Source: Adhaeribacter terreus
Lineage (GTDB): Bacteria > Bacteroidota > Bacteroidia > Cytophagales > Hymenobacteraceae
Direction: 5' to 3'
DNA length: 64,000 nt
Assembly: GCF_042657365.1 (NCBI RefSeq)
Contig: NZ_JBHSKT010000002.1
Location: 454,034 to 518,033 of the forward strand
The first letter of the stretch is position 1; every line of letters begins with the position of its first letter. The notes under the pieces are model-generated. The model was not told the origin of the DNA. It made no database searches and saw only the letters and a list, made by a program, of their open reading frames with translations. Below, piece after piece: positions 21,589 to 30,914 of this stretch. Made by a program: the position numbers and the translations under genes.

Positions 21589-22731
21589 TTGAAAATAGCT
21601 GTTAACACGCGTTTTTTACTTGCCGGCCGCCTCGAGGGCATCGGGAAGTTTACTTTTGAAACCCTCCGCCGGATGGTAGCCAACCACCCGGAACATGAAT
21701 TTTACTTTTTTTTCGACCGGCCTTTCGATAAGCAATTTATTTTTGGGCCGAACGTAAAACCCATCGTACTTTCTCCGCCGGCGCGCCACCCGTTCCTTTT
21801 TTATATCTGGTTCGAATGGAGTGTTTCCCGCGCGCTAAAAAAAATTAAGCCCGATGTGTTTTTGTCTACCGACGGCCTGACTACGCTTTGCACCAAAGTT
21901 CCGCGCGTAACCGTAATGCACGACCTGGCTTTTGAGCATTATCCGCAGGATCTGGGTTTTATAGTACGGAAATATCTGCAGCACTATACGCCTAAATTTG
22001 CAAAAGCTTCGGAAAGGATCGTGGCCGTTTCAGAATTTACGAAACAAGACCTGGTGAAAACCTACGGCGTGCCTGCCAGGAAAATTGATGTAGTTTATAA
22101 CGATGCCAGCGATAATTTTCAACCGGCTACGGAAGAAGAACAGAAGACAACGAAGCAGAAATTCAGCCACGGCAAACCGTTTTTCATATTTGTAGGAGCT
22201 TTGCATCCGCGAAAAAACCTGGTAAATCTGTATAAAGCTTTCGATAAATTTAAAAGGCAAAGCCGCTGCGAAGCCAAGCTTTTAATTGTGGGCCGTAAAG
22301 CCTGGAAAGCAGGGGAAATTTCAGATACCTTTAAGCAGCTTGAATTTCAGGAAGATGTGATCTGCACCGGCCGCGTAAGCGACGAAGATCTGCGTTTGCT
22401 TTATGGCTCGGCGCTGGCCAATGTTTACGTGCCTACGCTGGAAGGTTTTGGAATTCCGATCGTAGAAGCGCAGAAATGTGCGTGCCCGGTAATTACTTCG
22501 AACGTAAGTTCTATGCCCGAAGTAGCCGGCGATGCGGCTTTGTTGGTAGATCCGTTCAATATAAATGAAATTGCCGGCGCGATGCAGGATATCTGGAAAG
22601 ATCATGGGCTGCGTATTTCGTTAGCTTATTTAGGCCGGAAAAATCTCCAGCGTTTTTCCTGGGATAAAAGTGCTGAAAAACTTAGCGAGTCGTTGAGTAA
22701 AGCCGTTCAATCTGCCTCTAAACCAAACTGA
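21589..22731 (+). CDS. Glycosyltransferase family 4
   Basis: Carries the GT4 EGFGIPIVEA-type EX7E motif. Confidence 0.8.
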   Translation: MKIAVNTRFLLAGRLEGIGKFTFETLRRMVANHPEHEFYFFFDRPFDKQFIFGPNVKPIVLSPPARHPFLFYIWFEWSVSRALKKIKPDVFLSTDGLTTLCTKVPRVTVMHDLAFEHYPQDLGFIVRKYLQHYTPKFAKASERIVAVSEFTKQDLVKTYGVPARKIDVVYNDASDNFQPATEEEQKTTKQKFSHGKPFFIFVGALHPRKNLVNLYKAFDKFKRQSRCEAKLLIVGRKAWKAGEISDTFKQLEFQEDVICTGRVSDEDLRLLYGSALANVYVPTLEGFGIPIVEAQKCACPVITSNVSSMPEVAGDAALLVDPFNINEIAGAMQDIWKDHGLRISLAYLGRKNLQRFSWDKSAEKLSESLSKAVQSASKPN

Positions 22732-23360
22732 TGCAGCTTTACCGCTTACCAGATTTCGTCCGTACGCTCTTACCGCAACTTGAATGGCGTAAAAATGCGC
22801 TGGAAAAGATCATTTACCTGACCTTCGACGATGGGCCAATTCCGGAAGTGACTGATTTTGTTTTGAACACCCTGGAAAAGTATAATGCGAAAGGTACTTT
22901 TTTCTGCGTTGGCGAAAACGTGCAGAAACACCCCGAAATTGCTAAGCGCGTTTTAGAACAAGGTCACCGTTTAGGCAACCATACTTTCAACCATTTAAAA
23001 GCCTGGAAAACCGCCACCAAACCGTATCTGGAAAACATAAAAAAGTGCGATGTTGTTTTAGAACCGTTTATTTCTGAAACAGAAAAACCGCTTTTCCGGC
23101 CACCCTACGGGCAAATTTCCCTGAGCAAGATCAAACACCTGCAGTCGCAATTCCGCATTATTATGTGGGATCTGCTTACCTGCGATTACGACCAGGCGTT
23201 GCAACCCGAAATTTGCCTGGCTAAAAGCCTGGAACTTACGCGCTCCGGCTCCATTGTGGTTTTTCACGATAGTCTGAAGGCCCGCCGGAACCTGGAGTTT
23301 GTGCTGCCGCGTTACCTCGAGTTTTTTCACCGCCAGGGCTACCGTTTTCAGGCATTATGA
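22731..23360 (+). CDS. Polysaccharide deacetylase (NodB homology domain)
   Basis: LTFDDGP is the NodB motif. Confidence 0.75.
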   Translation: MQLYRLPDFVRTLLPQLEWRKNALEKIIYLTFDDGPIPEVTDFVLNTLEKYNAKGTFFCVGENVQKHPEIAKRVLEQGHRLGNHTFNHLKAWKTATKPYLENIKKCDVVLEPFISETEKPLFRPPYGQISLSKIKHLQSQFRIIMWDLLTCDYDQALQPEICLAKSLELTRSGSIVVFHDSLKARRNLEFVLPRYLEFFHRQGYRFQAL

Positions 23361-24457
23361 TCATCGTTTCGGTACTGTATTTTGCAGTTTATTTCAGCGT
23401 TTTTGCCTTAGTGCTGAGCTTGTGGATCTTCCGGAAAAAGCAACCGGAAACGGTAGGGTTTTCTGCGGAAAAAGTGCCGGTTAGTATTTTAATTGCGGCC
23501 CGCAACGAAGAACACACCATAGAACGCTGCTTAACTGCCATTCAGAATCTGCATTATCCGCCGGAGTTGATCGAAGTTTTGATCGGCGACGATGCTTCTA
23601 CCGATAATACTTTTCAGGTTATTTCTGGTTTTATTGCCAACAAACCGAATTTCAAACTCATTTCCATAACCGAAAACCTTGGAAAAGCCCGCGGCAAAGC
23701 CAACGTGCTGGCGCATTTAGCCCGCCAAGCAACTTCCAATTTCTTCTTTATTACTGATGCCGACGTGGCTGTACCTGAAAATTGGATAAACGCTATGCTT
23801 TCGGCCCGAAAAACTGATACCGGCATCGTTACCGGCATTACCACCATTTGCGGAAATGGATTACGGGAACGGATGCAGGCTTTGGATTGGCTCTATGCTT
23901 TAGGGTTGATCCAGGTGGTTTCTGATTTAAATTTGCCGGTTACGGCTATGGGCAACAACATGCTGGTTACCCGCGAAGCGTACGAAAAGACCGGCGGCTA
24001 TGAGCATTTTCCGTTTTCGGTTACCGAGGATATTAAGTTGTTCAGAGAAGTTCTGAAACAAGGTTACGGATTTAAAAACCTGTTTTCTGAAGAAGTGCTC
24101 GCAGAAACTTTGCCGCCGGAAAACTTCAAGACTTTGCTGCACCAACGTAAACGCTGGATGCAAGGCACCATGCATTTGCCGCTTTACATGAAACTGGTGC
24201 TTATTTTATACGCCTCTTTTTATGTGGTTTTGGTACCATTTTTTTGGCTGGTTCCGGTGGGTGTCGCTTGCGCGGTGCTGTTGCTGAAATGGCTTTTTCA
24301 GAGTTGTTTTTTAGTGATCTGTCTGAAAAAACTCAACCGCAAAGCGACTTTAAAAGACCTGGTTTTTTTTGAAGGATATCAGCTTTTTATTTCGGCGGCC
24401 TTGCTTATTTTTTATTTCCTTCCGCTGAAAGTTATCTGGAAAGGCCGGAAATATTAA
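23357..24457 (+). CDS. Family 2 glycosyltransferase, processive type (QxxRW)
   Basis: Carries a GDDASTD (DXD-type) motif and QRKRWMQG. Confidence 0.75.
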   Translation: MIIVSVLYFAVYFSVFALVLSLWIFRKKQPETVGFSAEKVPVSILIAARNEEHTIERCLTAIQNLHYPPELIEVLIGDDASTDNTFQVISGFIANKPNFKLISITENLGKARGKANVLAHLARQATSNFFFITDADVAVPENWINAMLSARKTDTGIVTGITTICGNGLRERMQALDWLYALGLIQVVSDLNLPVTAMGNNMLVTREAYEKTGGYEHFPFSVTEDIKLFREVLKQGYGFKNLFSEEVLAETLPPENFKTLLHQRKRWMQGTMHLPLYMKLVLILYASFYVVLVPFFWLVPVGVACAVLLLKWLFQSCFLVICLKKLNRKATLKDLVFFEGYQLFISAALLIFYFLPLKVIWKGRKY

Positions 24458-24574
24458 CCAAATTTGCAGCCTGACTTTTTACATGAAAAACCCTAGTGTT
24501 TTCAGGGGTAAAAGTTAGATAAATATGTTAAATGGAATTGGCTTGTTAAAATCAGGAAGCCGCTTTTTGTAAAG

Positions 24575-25348
24575 ATGAATTTAATAGATACCCACGCGCA
24601 TATTTACGCCGCCGATTTTAAAACTGATCAGCGCGAAACCTTGCGTCGCGCGCAGGAGGAAGGTGTAACCAAGATACTGATGCCGAATATTGACCATACT
24701 TCCATAGATGCCATGCTCGAAACCGAAGCGCAAAATCCGGATTTATGCCTGGCTATGATGGGGCTGCATCCGTGTTCGGTAAAGAAAGATTTTCACCAGG
24801 AATTATACCGCATAGAAGACTGGCTGAACAAGCGCAAATTCATCGGAATAGGAGAGACCGGAATTGATCTTTATTGGGATAAAACCTTTCTGGCGCAGCA
24901 ACAGGAAGCGCTTCAGGTTCAGGTAGATTGGGCAATTAAATTCAAGCTGCCCTTAATTCTACATACCCGCGATTCTTTCTCCGAAACCTACAAAATTATA
25001 GCCCGCAATCAGCACGAAAATCTGACCGGCATATTCCATTGTTTTTCCGGCACCGCCGAAGAAGCCCAAAAAGCCATCGATCTGAATTTTTACCTCGGCA
25101 TTGGCGGCGTAGCTACTTTCAAAAACGGCGGCCTCGACAAAATTCTACCCGAAATTCCGCTGGAAAGATTGGTGCTGGAAACCGATTGTCCGTACCTGGC
25201 GCCCGTTCCGCACCGCGGCAAACGTAACGAACCCGCTTATGTAAAACTGGTGGCTGAAAAAGTGGCCCAGCTTAAAAATATTTCGGTTGACGAACTGGCG
25301 GAAATTACCACTGCTAACGCGCAGAAATTATTTGGCTTGCAAGCATGA
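24575..25348 (+). CDS. tatD: TatD family metal-dependent hydrolase
   Basis: MNLIDTHAHI start, with the TatD motifs throughout. Confidence 0.85.
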   Translation: MNLIDTHAHIYAADFKTDQRETLRRAQEEGVTKILMPNIDHTSIDAMLETEAQNPDLCLAMMGLHPCSVKKDFHQELYRIEDWLNKRKFIGIGETGIDLYWDKTFLAQQQEALQVQVDWAIKFKLPLILHTRDSFSETYKIIARNQHENLTGIFHCFSGTAEEAQKAIDLNFYLGIGGVATFKNGGLDKILPEIPLERLVLETDCPYLAPVPHRGKRNEPAYVKLVAEKVAQLKNISVDELAEITTANAQKLFGLQA

Positions 25349-26418
25349 TGAATTATACTAAACTAGATGTGCACACGGCCGCGCCGCTGCATCCGGAGGC
25401 GTCCGTTTTGTTAATTTACACGGGCGGCACGCTGGGTATGGTTTACGATATTTCGGGCAAGCACCTCATTCCGTTCAACTTCGACCAGATCCTGAACCGC
25501 GTACCGGAACTGCAGCAGATAAACGTGTTGCTCACCGTTTTAACGCTCAACGAACCGATCGATTCCTCGAATATTTCCATTGAGCATTGGCTGGAACTGG
25601 CGCATATTATAGAGGAACACTACAATTTTTACGATGGCTTTGTGATCTTACATGGTACCGATACCATGTCTTACACGGCATCCGCACTGAGTTATTTGCT
25701 CGAAAATCTGGCCAAACCAGTAATCTTAACGGGCGCGCAGGTGCCTATAGGCAAAGTGCGTAACGATGCTCGTTTCAACCTGATCTCGGCGCTGGAAATT
25801 GCGGCCAAGGGTGGGGTAGAAGGTAGTACGCACGTGCCGGAAGTTGCCATTTATTTCGATAATGTTTTGCTGCGCGGCAATCGTACCAAGAAAGTAGAAA
25901 GCAGCCATTTCGATGCCTTTAAATCCGATAATTATCCGCCGCTGGCTGTAGCCGGTATTGAACTGGAATTTGAGCCACTTCATATTCTTCCCAATCCTGA
26001 AAAACCGCTGAAAGTCCACCGGAAACTCGATAACCGTGTTGCCATTCTCAAGCTTTTCCCCGGCATTTCAGAAATGGTTGTCCGCTGTTTGTTGAGTAAC
26101 CGCAATCTGCGTGGCCTAGTGCTGGAAACTTACGGCTCTGGCAATGCTCCAACCGCTGATTGGTTCCTGAAATTATTGCGCGAAGCCATTGCCAACGGTT
26201 TGATCATACTGAATGTAAGCCAGTGCGATGAAGGTGATGTAAAGCAAGGCCTCTATGAAACAAGCCGCTACCTCGAAGAAATGGGTGTAATTGGCGGTGC
26301 CGATATAACTACCGAAGCGGCCATAACCAAATTGATGTTTGTATTGGGGCAAGATCTGACGGTGGAGGAAAGTAAAAAAATGTTGCGGGATAACCTGCGG
26401 GGCGAAATTTCTTTGTAA
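25345..26418 (+). CDS. ansA: L-asparaginase type I
   Basis: Carries GGTLGM and HGTDTMSYTASAL. Confidence 0.85.
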   Translation: MMNYTKLDVHTAAPLHPEASVLLIYTGGTLGMVYDISGKHLIPFNFDQILNRVPELQQINVLLTVLTLNEPIDSSNISIEHWLELAHIIEEHYNFYDGFVILHGTDTMSYTASALSYLLENLAKPVILTGAQVPIGKVRNDARFNLISALEIAAKGGVEGSTHVPEVAIYFDNVLLRGNRTKKVESSHFDAFKSDNYPPLAVAGIELEFEPLHILPNPEKPLKVHRKLDNRVAILKLFPGISEMVVRCLLSNRNLRGLVLETYGSGNAPTADWFLKLLREAIANGLIILNVSQCDEGDVKQGLYETSRYLEEMGVIGGADITTEAAITKLMFVLGQDLTVEESKKMLRDNLRGEISL

Positions 26419-26494
26419 TCAGAAAACGCTATACTTTTAAGCCTAAAAACTTGCAGCGCACAAAATTTATCCGTTTCTTTGCAGCCTATTAAAC

Positions 26495-26582
26495 AGAGAG
26501 GTGTCCGAGTGGTTGAAGGAGCACGCCTGGAAAGTGTGTATACCTCAAAAGGGTATCGTGGGTTCGAATCCCATCCTCTCTG
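26495..26582 (+). tRNA. tRNA-Ser (anticodon GGA), long variable arm
   Basis: Acceptor stem AGAGAGG/CCTCTCT. D-loop GAGTGGTTGAA, anticodon loop CT-GGA-AA, T-arm GTGGGTTCGAATCCCAT. 88 nt; the 3' CCA is not encoded. Confidence 0.85.
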
Positions 26583-26597
26583 CTGAAATTAGAAAGT

Positions 26598-26630
26598 CCT
26601 GTAAGTTACTGCTTACAGGATTTTCTTGCT
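26598..26630 (+). terminator. Rho-independent terminator after tRNA-Ser
   Basis: CCTGTAAGttactgCTTACAGG followed by ATTTTCTTGCTTT. Confidence 0.55.
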
Positions 26631-26740
26631 TTAAAACCATAGCGTTTTTGCTGGCTTATATTCATCATGAATTTGTAGGGAGTGAACTTTTCAAATCGCT
26701 AAATCCAACTTCGACTTTTCAGGGAAATTCAATCGTCGTT

Positions 26741-27220
26741 TCAATTACTCTCGAAAATAGTCATTTCCGGCCATAGACTATTGAATTCTACCAGAAAATC
26801 CTGAACCAATTCTTTGCTGTTGCTTACGATCACATTTTCATGGTTGTAGAGCGCGGCGCTGCGGGTCCAGTTGTAACTTCCGGTAATCAGTAATTCATTA
26901 TCTATTAAGGCGAATTTGTGGTGCATGTGGTTGCGCGTGTTATCGGTGCGCACGGCAATTCCGGCTTGCGCCAGTTGCCGGATATCAGAGCCAAGATCGA
27001 AGAGTTTTTCGTTATCGGTCAGGATTCTGATGTTGATGTTTTTCCAGTGCGCTTTCAGAATTGCGTTCGTGATCTGGTCATCGGAAATGGTGAAGACGCA
27101 GATCTTGATGGAATTTTGCGCGTTTTCGATGGCAGAAATAATGGCTTGCTGACAATCGGTTCCGGGGCTGAAATACGCTTTGTTGATGGCTTTTTTTGAA
27201 GATTTGAATACGGAAAACAT
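26741..27220 (-). CDS. Phospholipase D-family (Nuc-like) single-HKD nuclease
   Basis: HMHHKFALIDNELLITGSYNWT contains the HxK(x4)D(x6)GSxN motif. 159 aa. Confidence 0.75.
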   Translation of the reverse strand: MFSVFKSSKKAINKAYFSPGTDCQQAIISAIENAQNSIKICVFTISDDQITNAILKAHWKNINIRILTDNEKLFDLGSDIRQLAQAGIAVRTDNTRNHMHHKFALIDNELLITGSYNWTRSAALYNHENVIVSNSKELVQDFLVEFNSLWPEMTIFESN

Positions 27221-27222
27221 CT

Positions 27223-28014
27223 TTATTGCTCCAAGGCTTTTAGGCGGTTATTTAATTGCATTACGGTTTGCTCCAGCATATTTAGGCGGTCTTCGAGCTG
27301 CGTCGGCGCTTTTAAACGGGTACTGAAAACGCCGCGCACTTCCCATATCTCCAGAATTTCGGTAAACGGTATTTCGCTCAGTCCATAATCCGGATTATCG
27401 GCTTTAAGTTTTAATTTTCCTTCGGCCGTAACTTCCTGAAGTCTTCTTACCAAAAAGCTGCTTTGTAACACGAGAATATAAACCAAGCCTGGCATTAAAG
27501 CATCATAAGCAGACGGTTCGACCAATTCTGCCAGTAACAGATCGCCGTTAAAAATGCCGCACTCGCGGTATTGCATTTCGGAACCGGTGTGCTCAAAGGC
27601 CCGGCCAATGCTTTTAAACGTTACCGGAAAATGAACTACCGGTAGTTGCTCTAAGAACGTTTTTTCATTCCGGTGGAAAATATATTCCTGGATATTTTCG
27701 GCATTTACCAGCACGGTTTCGGGAGCGAGGCTGGTAAATGCTACTTTTATGAGCGACGGCGCATTTTTTAATTCCTGCTTGTAAAGGTCGAAGCCATAAA
27801 GCTCGTTTACGGTCAGTTCTTTGGTGAGCAGCAGGTCTATAGAAACGCCGAAATGCCGCGCGATCTGCACTACAGTTTCCATTTTGGGCTCGGAACGGCC
27901 TTCTTCATACGCTCCCACGCTGGGACGGGCTAGGTTGAAGAGCTGCGCGAAACCCGCCTGGCTCAAATTTTTGACCGTCCGGATCTTCTTGATATTTTTT
28001 CCAATAAAAGACAT
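27223..28014 (-). CDS. XRE-family HTH regulator fused to LexA-like S24 peptidase domain
   Basis: N-terminal HTH (LSQAGFAQLFNLARPSVGAYEEG). C-terminal TGSEM...NGDLLL...LVRRL resembles the S24 Ser/Lys-box region, with Arg in the Lys position. Confidence 0.6.
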   Translation of the reverse strand: MSFIGKNIKKIRTVKNLSQAGFAQLFNLARPSVGAYEEGRSEPKMETVVQIARHFGVSIDLLLTKELTVNELYGFDLYKQELKNAPSLIKVAFTSLAPETVLVNAENIQEYIFHRNEKTFLEQLPVVHFPVTFKSIGRAFEHTGSEMQYRECGIFNGDLLLAELVEPSAYDALMPGLVYILVLQSSFLVRRLQEVTAEGKLKLKADNPDYGLSEIPFTEILEIWEVRGVFSTRLKAPTQLEDRLNMLEQTVMQLNNRLKALEQ

Positions 28015-28260
28015 AAAAAATAAAACCTGCTAATATTTTGAGCGTATCTATTTTTTGTAGTATAATTGCAATGTAAATGTAGGAAATAAAAGGACAATAC
28101 CTGAAGCATTCGCTACTTTTTTGAGCCACGGGCCCGGCTTAAAAAATTTGCAGCGCTTTTTTAGCTCTTTCCGCTAAAAAGTTAACATGAAATTACATTT
28201 TCTTTCTTATCTTAGGAAGCGAAAATGCTCATAGAACTGACTTCGCTCTTGCGATGATTT

Positions 28261-28335
28261 TCCCCTTGAGGGGAGTTAGAGGGGTGTAAATTGCAATCGT
28301 GATAACGCCCCCTCCGGCTCCCCTCAAGGGGAGAG
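28261..28335. repeat. Inverted pair of GC-rich hairpin repeat (CTCCCCTTGAGGGGAG...GAGGGGTG)
   Basis: TCCCCTTGAGGGGAGTTAGAGGGGTG ... CCCCTCCGGCTCCCCTCAAGGGGAGAG. Confidence 0.7.
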
Positions 28336-28408
28336 AAAGAAGCAGCAACTTTATTTTGCCACCTCCCGGAATGGGAATTTGTGTTCCGAACCTTTAAAAT
28401 TTTCAAGC

Positions 28409-28843
28409 ATGAACAATCCTTACTTTGCCAAAGTGAAGGCTTATTTACAGGACCTGCACTTTCATATTTCGCATGAGAACCCGACTGATGGCGTTTTGGT
28501 GGTAGATAAACCCGAAGCTGGCATTCAGAACCTGGTAATTGGTTGCGCCGATCCGCTGCTTATTATGGAACAGCACATTCTGGATCTGCCGGTTTTAACA
28601 ACAAAAGTTTTGCAAAGTCTGCTGCAGAAGAACCGCGATATTATTCACGGCGCTTTTGTGCTCGACGAAACCGGTCGCAAACTGATCTTCCGCGATACGC
28701 TGCAACTGGAAAAACTGGACCTCTGTGAAATCGAGGCTTCTTTTAATTCCCTGGCGTTGCTGCTGAGCGAGTATTCTGAACAATTAATTGAATTTTCAAA
28801 AATTAAAGTAAACAGCTATGAACATATTCCGTCGCATATTTAA
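28409..28843 (+). CDS. YbjN/YjfI-like (putative chaperone-like) protein
   Basis: About 145 aa and overlaps the PspA start by 26 nt. This placement is typical of yjfI-yjfJ-type pairs. Confidence 0.45.
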   Translation: MNNPYFAKVKAYLQDLHFHISHENPTDGVLVVDKPEAGIQNLVIGCADPLLIMEQHILDLPVLTTKVLQSLLQKNRDIIHGAFVLDETGRKLIFRDTLQLEKLDLCEIEASFNSLALLLSEYSEQLIEFSKIKVNSYEHIPSHI

Positions 28844-29534
28844 AATAGGCCAGGCCGAAGCTCATTCCGCCATCGATCAGCTGGAAGACCCGATCAAAAT
28901 GACCGAGCAGGGAATCCGCGATATGAAAGAAGACCTGGAAAAAAGCCTGCGCGCCCTGGCCGAAGTAAAAGCCATGGCCATCCGTTCGCGCAACGATGCC
29001 GAAGCTTATCGCGTCAAATCGGATGATTACGAGCACAAAGCTATTTTGCTGTTGCAGCGTGCGCATAAAGGCGATCTGGAAACTTCGGAAGCGGACCGTT
29101 TGGCCGGCGAAGCGTTGGTAAAAAAAGAAGAAAACCTGAAACTGGCCGAACAGGCAACCGCCGATAAAGAAAAGTTTGAAAGATCGGTGCAGCAGCTGGA
29201 TCAGAACATTAAAACCCTGCGCAGCACTTTAAGCAAATGGGAAAACGAACTGAAAACCCTGAAAAGCCGTGTTATGGTAAGTAAAGCCACGCAAACCATT
29301 AACAAACAACTGGCCCAGATCGATTCTTCGGGCACAGTAGCCTTGCTGGAACGCATGAAAGAAAAAGTAGCCGTGGAAGAAGCTTTGGCCGAAAGCTACG
29401 GTGAAATTGCGAACGAAAGCCGCACCATCGATCAGGAAATTGAGAAAGCGCTGGAAAAAAGCCAGTCCCGTTCTACATCTGATAATGTTGCCGCTTTGAA
29501 AGCTAAGTTAGGTTTAACGGAAGCTTCGGAATAA
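28818..29534 (+). CDS. pspA: PspA/IM30 (Vipp1, ESCRT-III superfamily) protein
   Basis: MNIFRRIFKIGQAEAHSAIDQLEDPIKMTEQGIRDM start, coiled-coil throughout, 238 aa. Confidence 0.85.
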   Translation: MNIFRRIFKIGQAEAHSAIDQLEDPIKMTEQGIRDMKEDLEKSLRALAEVKAMAIRSRNDAEAYRVKSDDYEHKAILLLQRAHKGDLETSEADRLAGEALVKKEENLKLAEQATADKEKFERSVQQLDQNIKTLRSTLSKWENELKTLKSRVMVSKATQTINKQLAQIDSSGTVALLERMKEKVAVEEALAESYGEIANESRTIDQEIEKALEKSQSRSTSDNVAALKAKLGLTEASE

Positions 29535-29585
29535 ACCGGATCTTTGACTTTTTCGGCTTGAAAGCATACCGTTTATGGTAGCGTG

Positions 29586-29719
29586 AAAACACCCCTCCGG
29601 CTCCCCTCGAGGGGAGAATCTTCGCGATGAGTAATCTAAAACTTATAATAATAATGTATTGAAGATTCACATTAGCCGATACTCTCCCCTTGAGGGGAGC
29701 CGGAGGGGTGTTTTCACGC
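29586..29719. repeat. Inverted pair of GC-rich hairpin repeat
   Basis: GTGAAAACACCCCTCCGGCTCCCCTCGAGGGGAG ... CTCTCCCCTTGAGGGGAGCCGGAGGGGTGTTTTCAC are exact reverse complements. Confidence 0.75.
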
Positions 29720-30158
29720 TACCAAGTACATTTCAGATAATGAAGAATCCAATCATCCCATACCGGAAGGATCTGCGGGCCAAAGCCAGAGAATTGCGGA
29801 ACAACAGCACGTTGTCGGAAATCCTGCTTTGGAACGAGATCAAGAACCGGCAAATGGATGGCGTGCAGTTTCACCGGCAAGTACCCATGCTTGATTTCAT
29901 TGTTGACTTTTATTCGCATGAATTAAAAATCGCTATCGAAATTGATGGTAAAAGTCATGACGATAAAATGGAATATGATGACCTGCGTCAAAAGCAACTT
30001 GAGGCTTACGGTGTAATATTCATGCGTTTTGATGATATGGATGTGAAGCGGAATTTGCGGTGGGTGCTGGATGAAATTTGGGAACAGGTTCTGGTTCTGA
30101 AGAAGCATTTTTCCGATGAGCAGGCAAAACACCCCTCCAACTCCCCTCAAGGAGAGAG
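29681..30158 (+). mobile_element. Candidate miniature element: DUF559 gene bounded by ~33-bp terminal inverted repeats
   Basis: Left TIR at 29681-29719 and right TIR at 30126-30158 (AAAACACCCCTCCAACTCCCCTCAAGGAGAGAG) in inverted orientation. It is inserted between pspA and the nfeD-flotillin pair. Confidence 0.35.
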
Positions 30159-30168
30159 TTCGCAGTAA
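29740..30168 (+). CDS. DUF559 endonuclease-domain protein (very-short-patch-repair-like fold)
   Basis: LRNNSTLSEILLWNEIKNRQMDGVQFHRQVPMLDFIVDFY...IAIEIDGKSHD is the DUF559 signature. The annotated ORF ends are encoded by the flanking repeats (SPLEGSRRG / NSPQGES). Confidence 0.7.
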   Translation: MKNPIIPYRKDLRAKARELRNNSTLSEILLWNEIKNRQMDGVQFHRQVPMLDFIVDFYSHELKIAIEIDGKSHDDKMEYDDLRQKQLEAYGVIFMRFDDMDVKRNLRWVLDEIWEQVLVLKKHFSDEQAKHPSNSPQGESSQ

Positions 30169-30266
30169 TAACCCTAAGTTAAAGGAAAAAGTCTAGTGAA
30201 CATTTAAGAAAAACAACTATAGAATTTATAATTCATCATTAAAAATTCATCATTACCCAACTGCCT

Positions 30267-30911
30267 ATGACCGAACTTTTACAAGCTGCCGTGGCGCCGG
30301 CAAACATCATTCCTACCACCTTAATGGTGCTTATTATAATGTACTGGGTTTCGGTGATTATTGGCCTGCTGGATTTGCAAGCGTTCAATATTGAGATCGA
30401 AAAGGATTTTCACATTGATACCCACGTAGATGCGCACCATGAATTTTCGGTGGCCTGGCTCAACAATGTGCTGGCATTTTTCAACCTCGGAAGGATACCG
30501 TTTATGGTGTTCATGAGTTTCCTGGTGTTGCCGTTCTGGGTGCTGGCCATTCTTACCGTACATTACGCACCTTTTCTGCCGGCGGGCATCGCGTTTTTAT
30601 TGCTTATTCCGAATTTATTCCTGAGCCTTTTTATTGCCAAAGCACTTACTACGCCTTTCGTGAAAATGTTTGCGGCGCTAGAAAAAGAACACGACAGCAC
30701 GGTTACCATCATCGGGAAAGTTTGTACGGTTTTGTTGCCGGCAACTTCAACTGAAATGGGACAGGCTTCCGTGAAAACCGATGCGGCGCCGCTTATTCTG
30801 AACGTGAAAACCACTCGCGGTGCTACTTTGAAAAAAGGCGATACGGCGCTGGTAATCGATTATCTTCCTGAAAAACAGCTTTATTTAATAGAACCTTACG
30901 AAACAATTTAA
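30267..30911 (+). CDS. NfeD/YqiJ-like membrane protein with C-terminal OB-fold
   Basis: N-terminal TM helices and a C-terminal beta-rich TIIGKVCTVLLPA...LKKGDTALVIDY segment. It lies 4 nt upstream of the flotillin gene, like yqiJ-yqiK. Confidence 0.55.
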   Translation: MTELLQAAVAPANIIPTTLMVLIIMYWVSVIIGLLDLQAFNIEIEKDFHIDTHVDAHHEFSVAWLNNVLAFFNLGRIPFMVFMSFLVLPFWVLAILTVHYAPFLPAGIAFLLLIPNLFLSLFIAKALTTPFVKMFAALEKEHDSTVTIIGKVCTVLLPATSTEMGQASVKTDAAPLILNVKTTRGATLKKGDTALVIDYLPEKQLYLIEPYETI

Positions 30912-30914
30912 TCT

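Noticed and set aside
26501-26776. 91-aa plus-strand ORF
   Set aside because: It overlaps the tRNA-Ser gene and its terminator, so it is an artefact.
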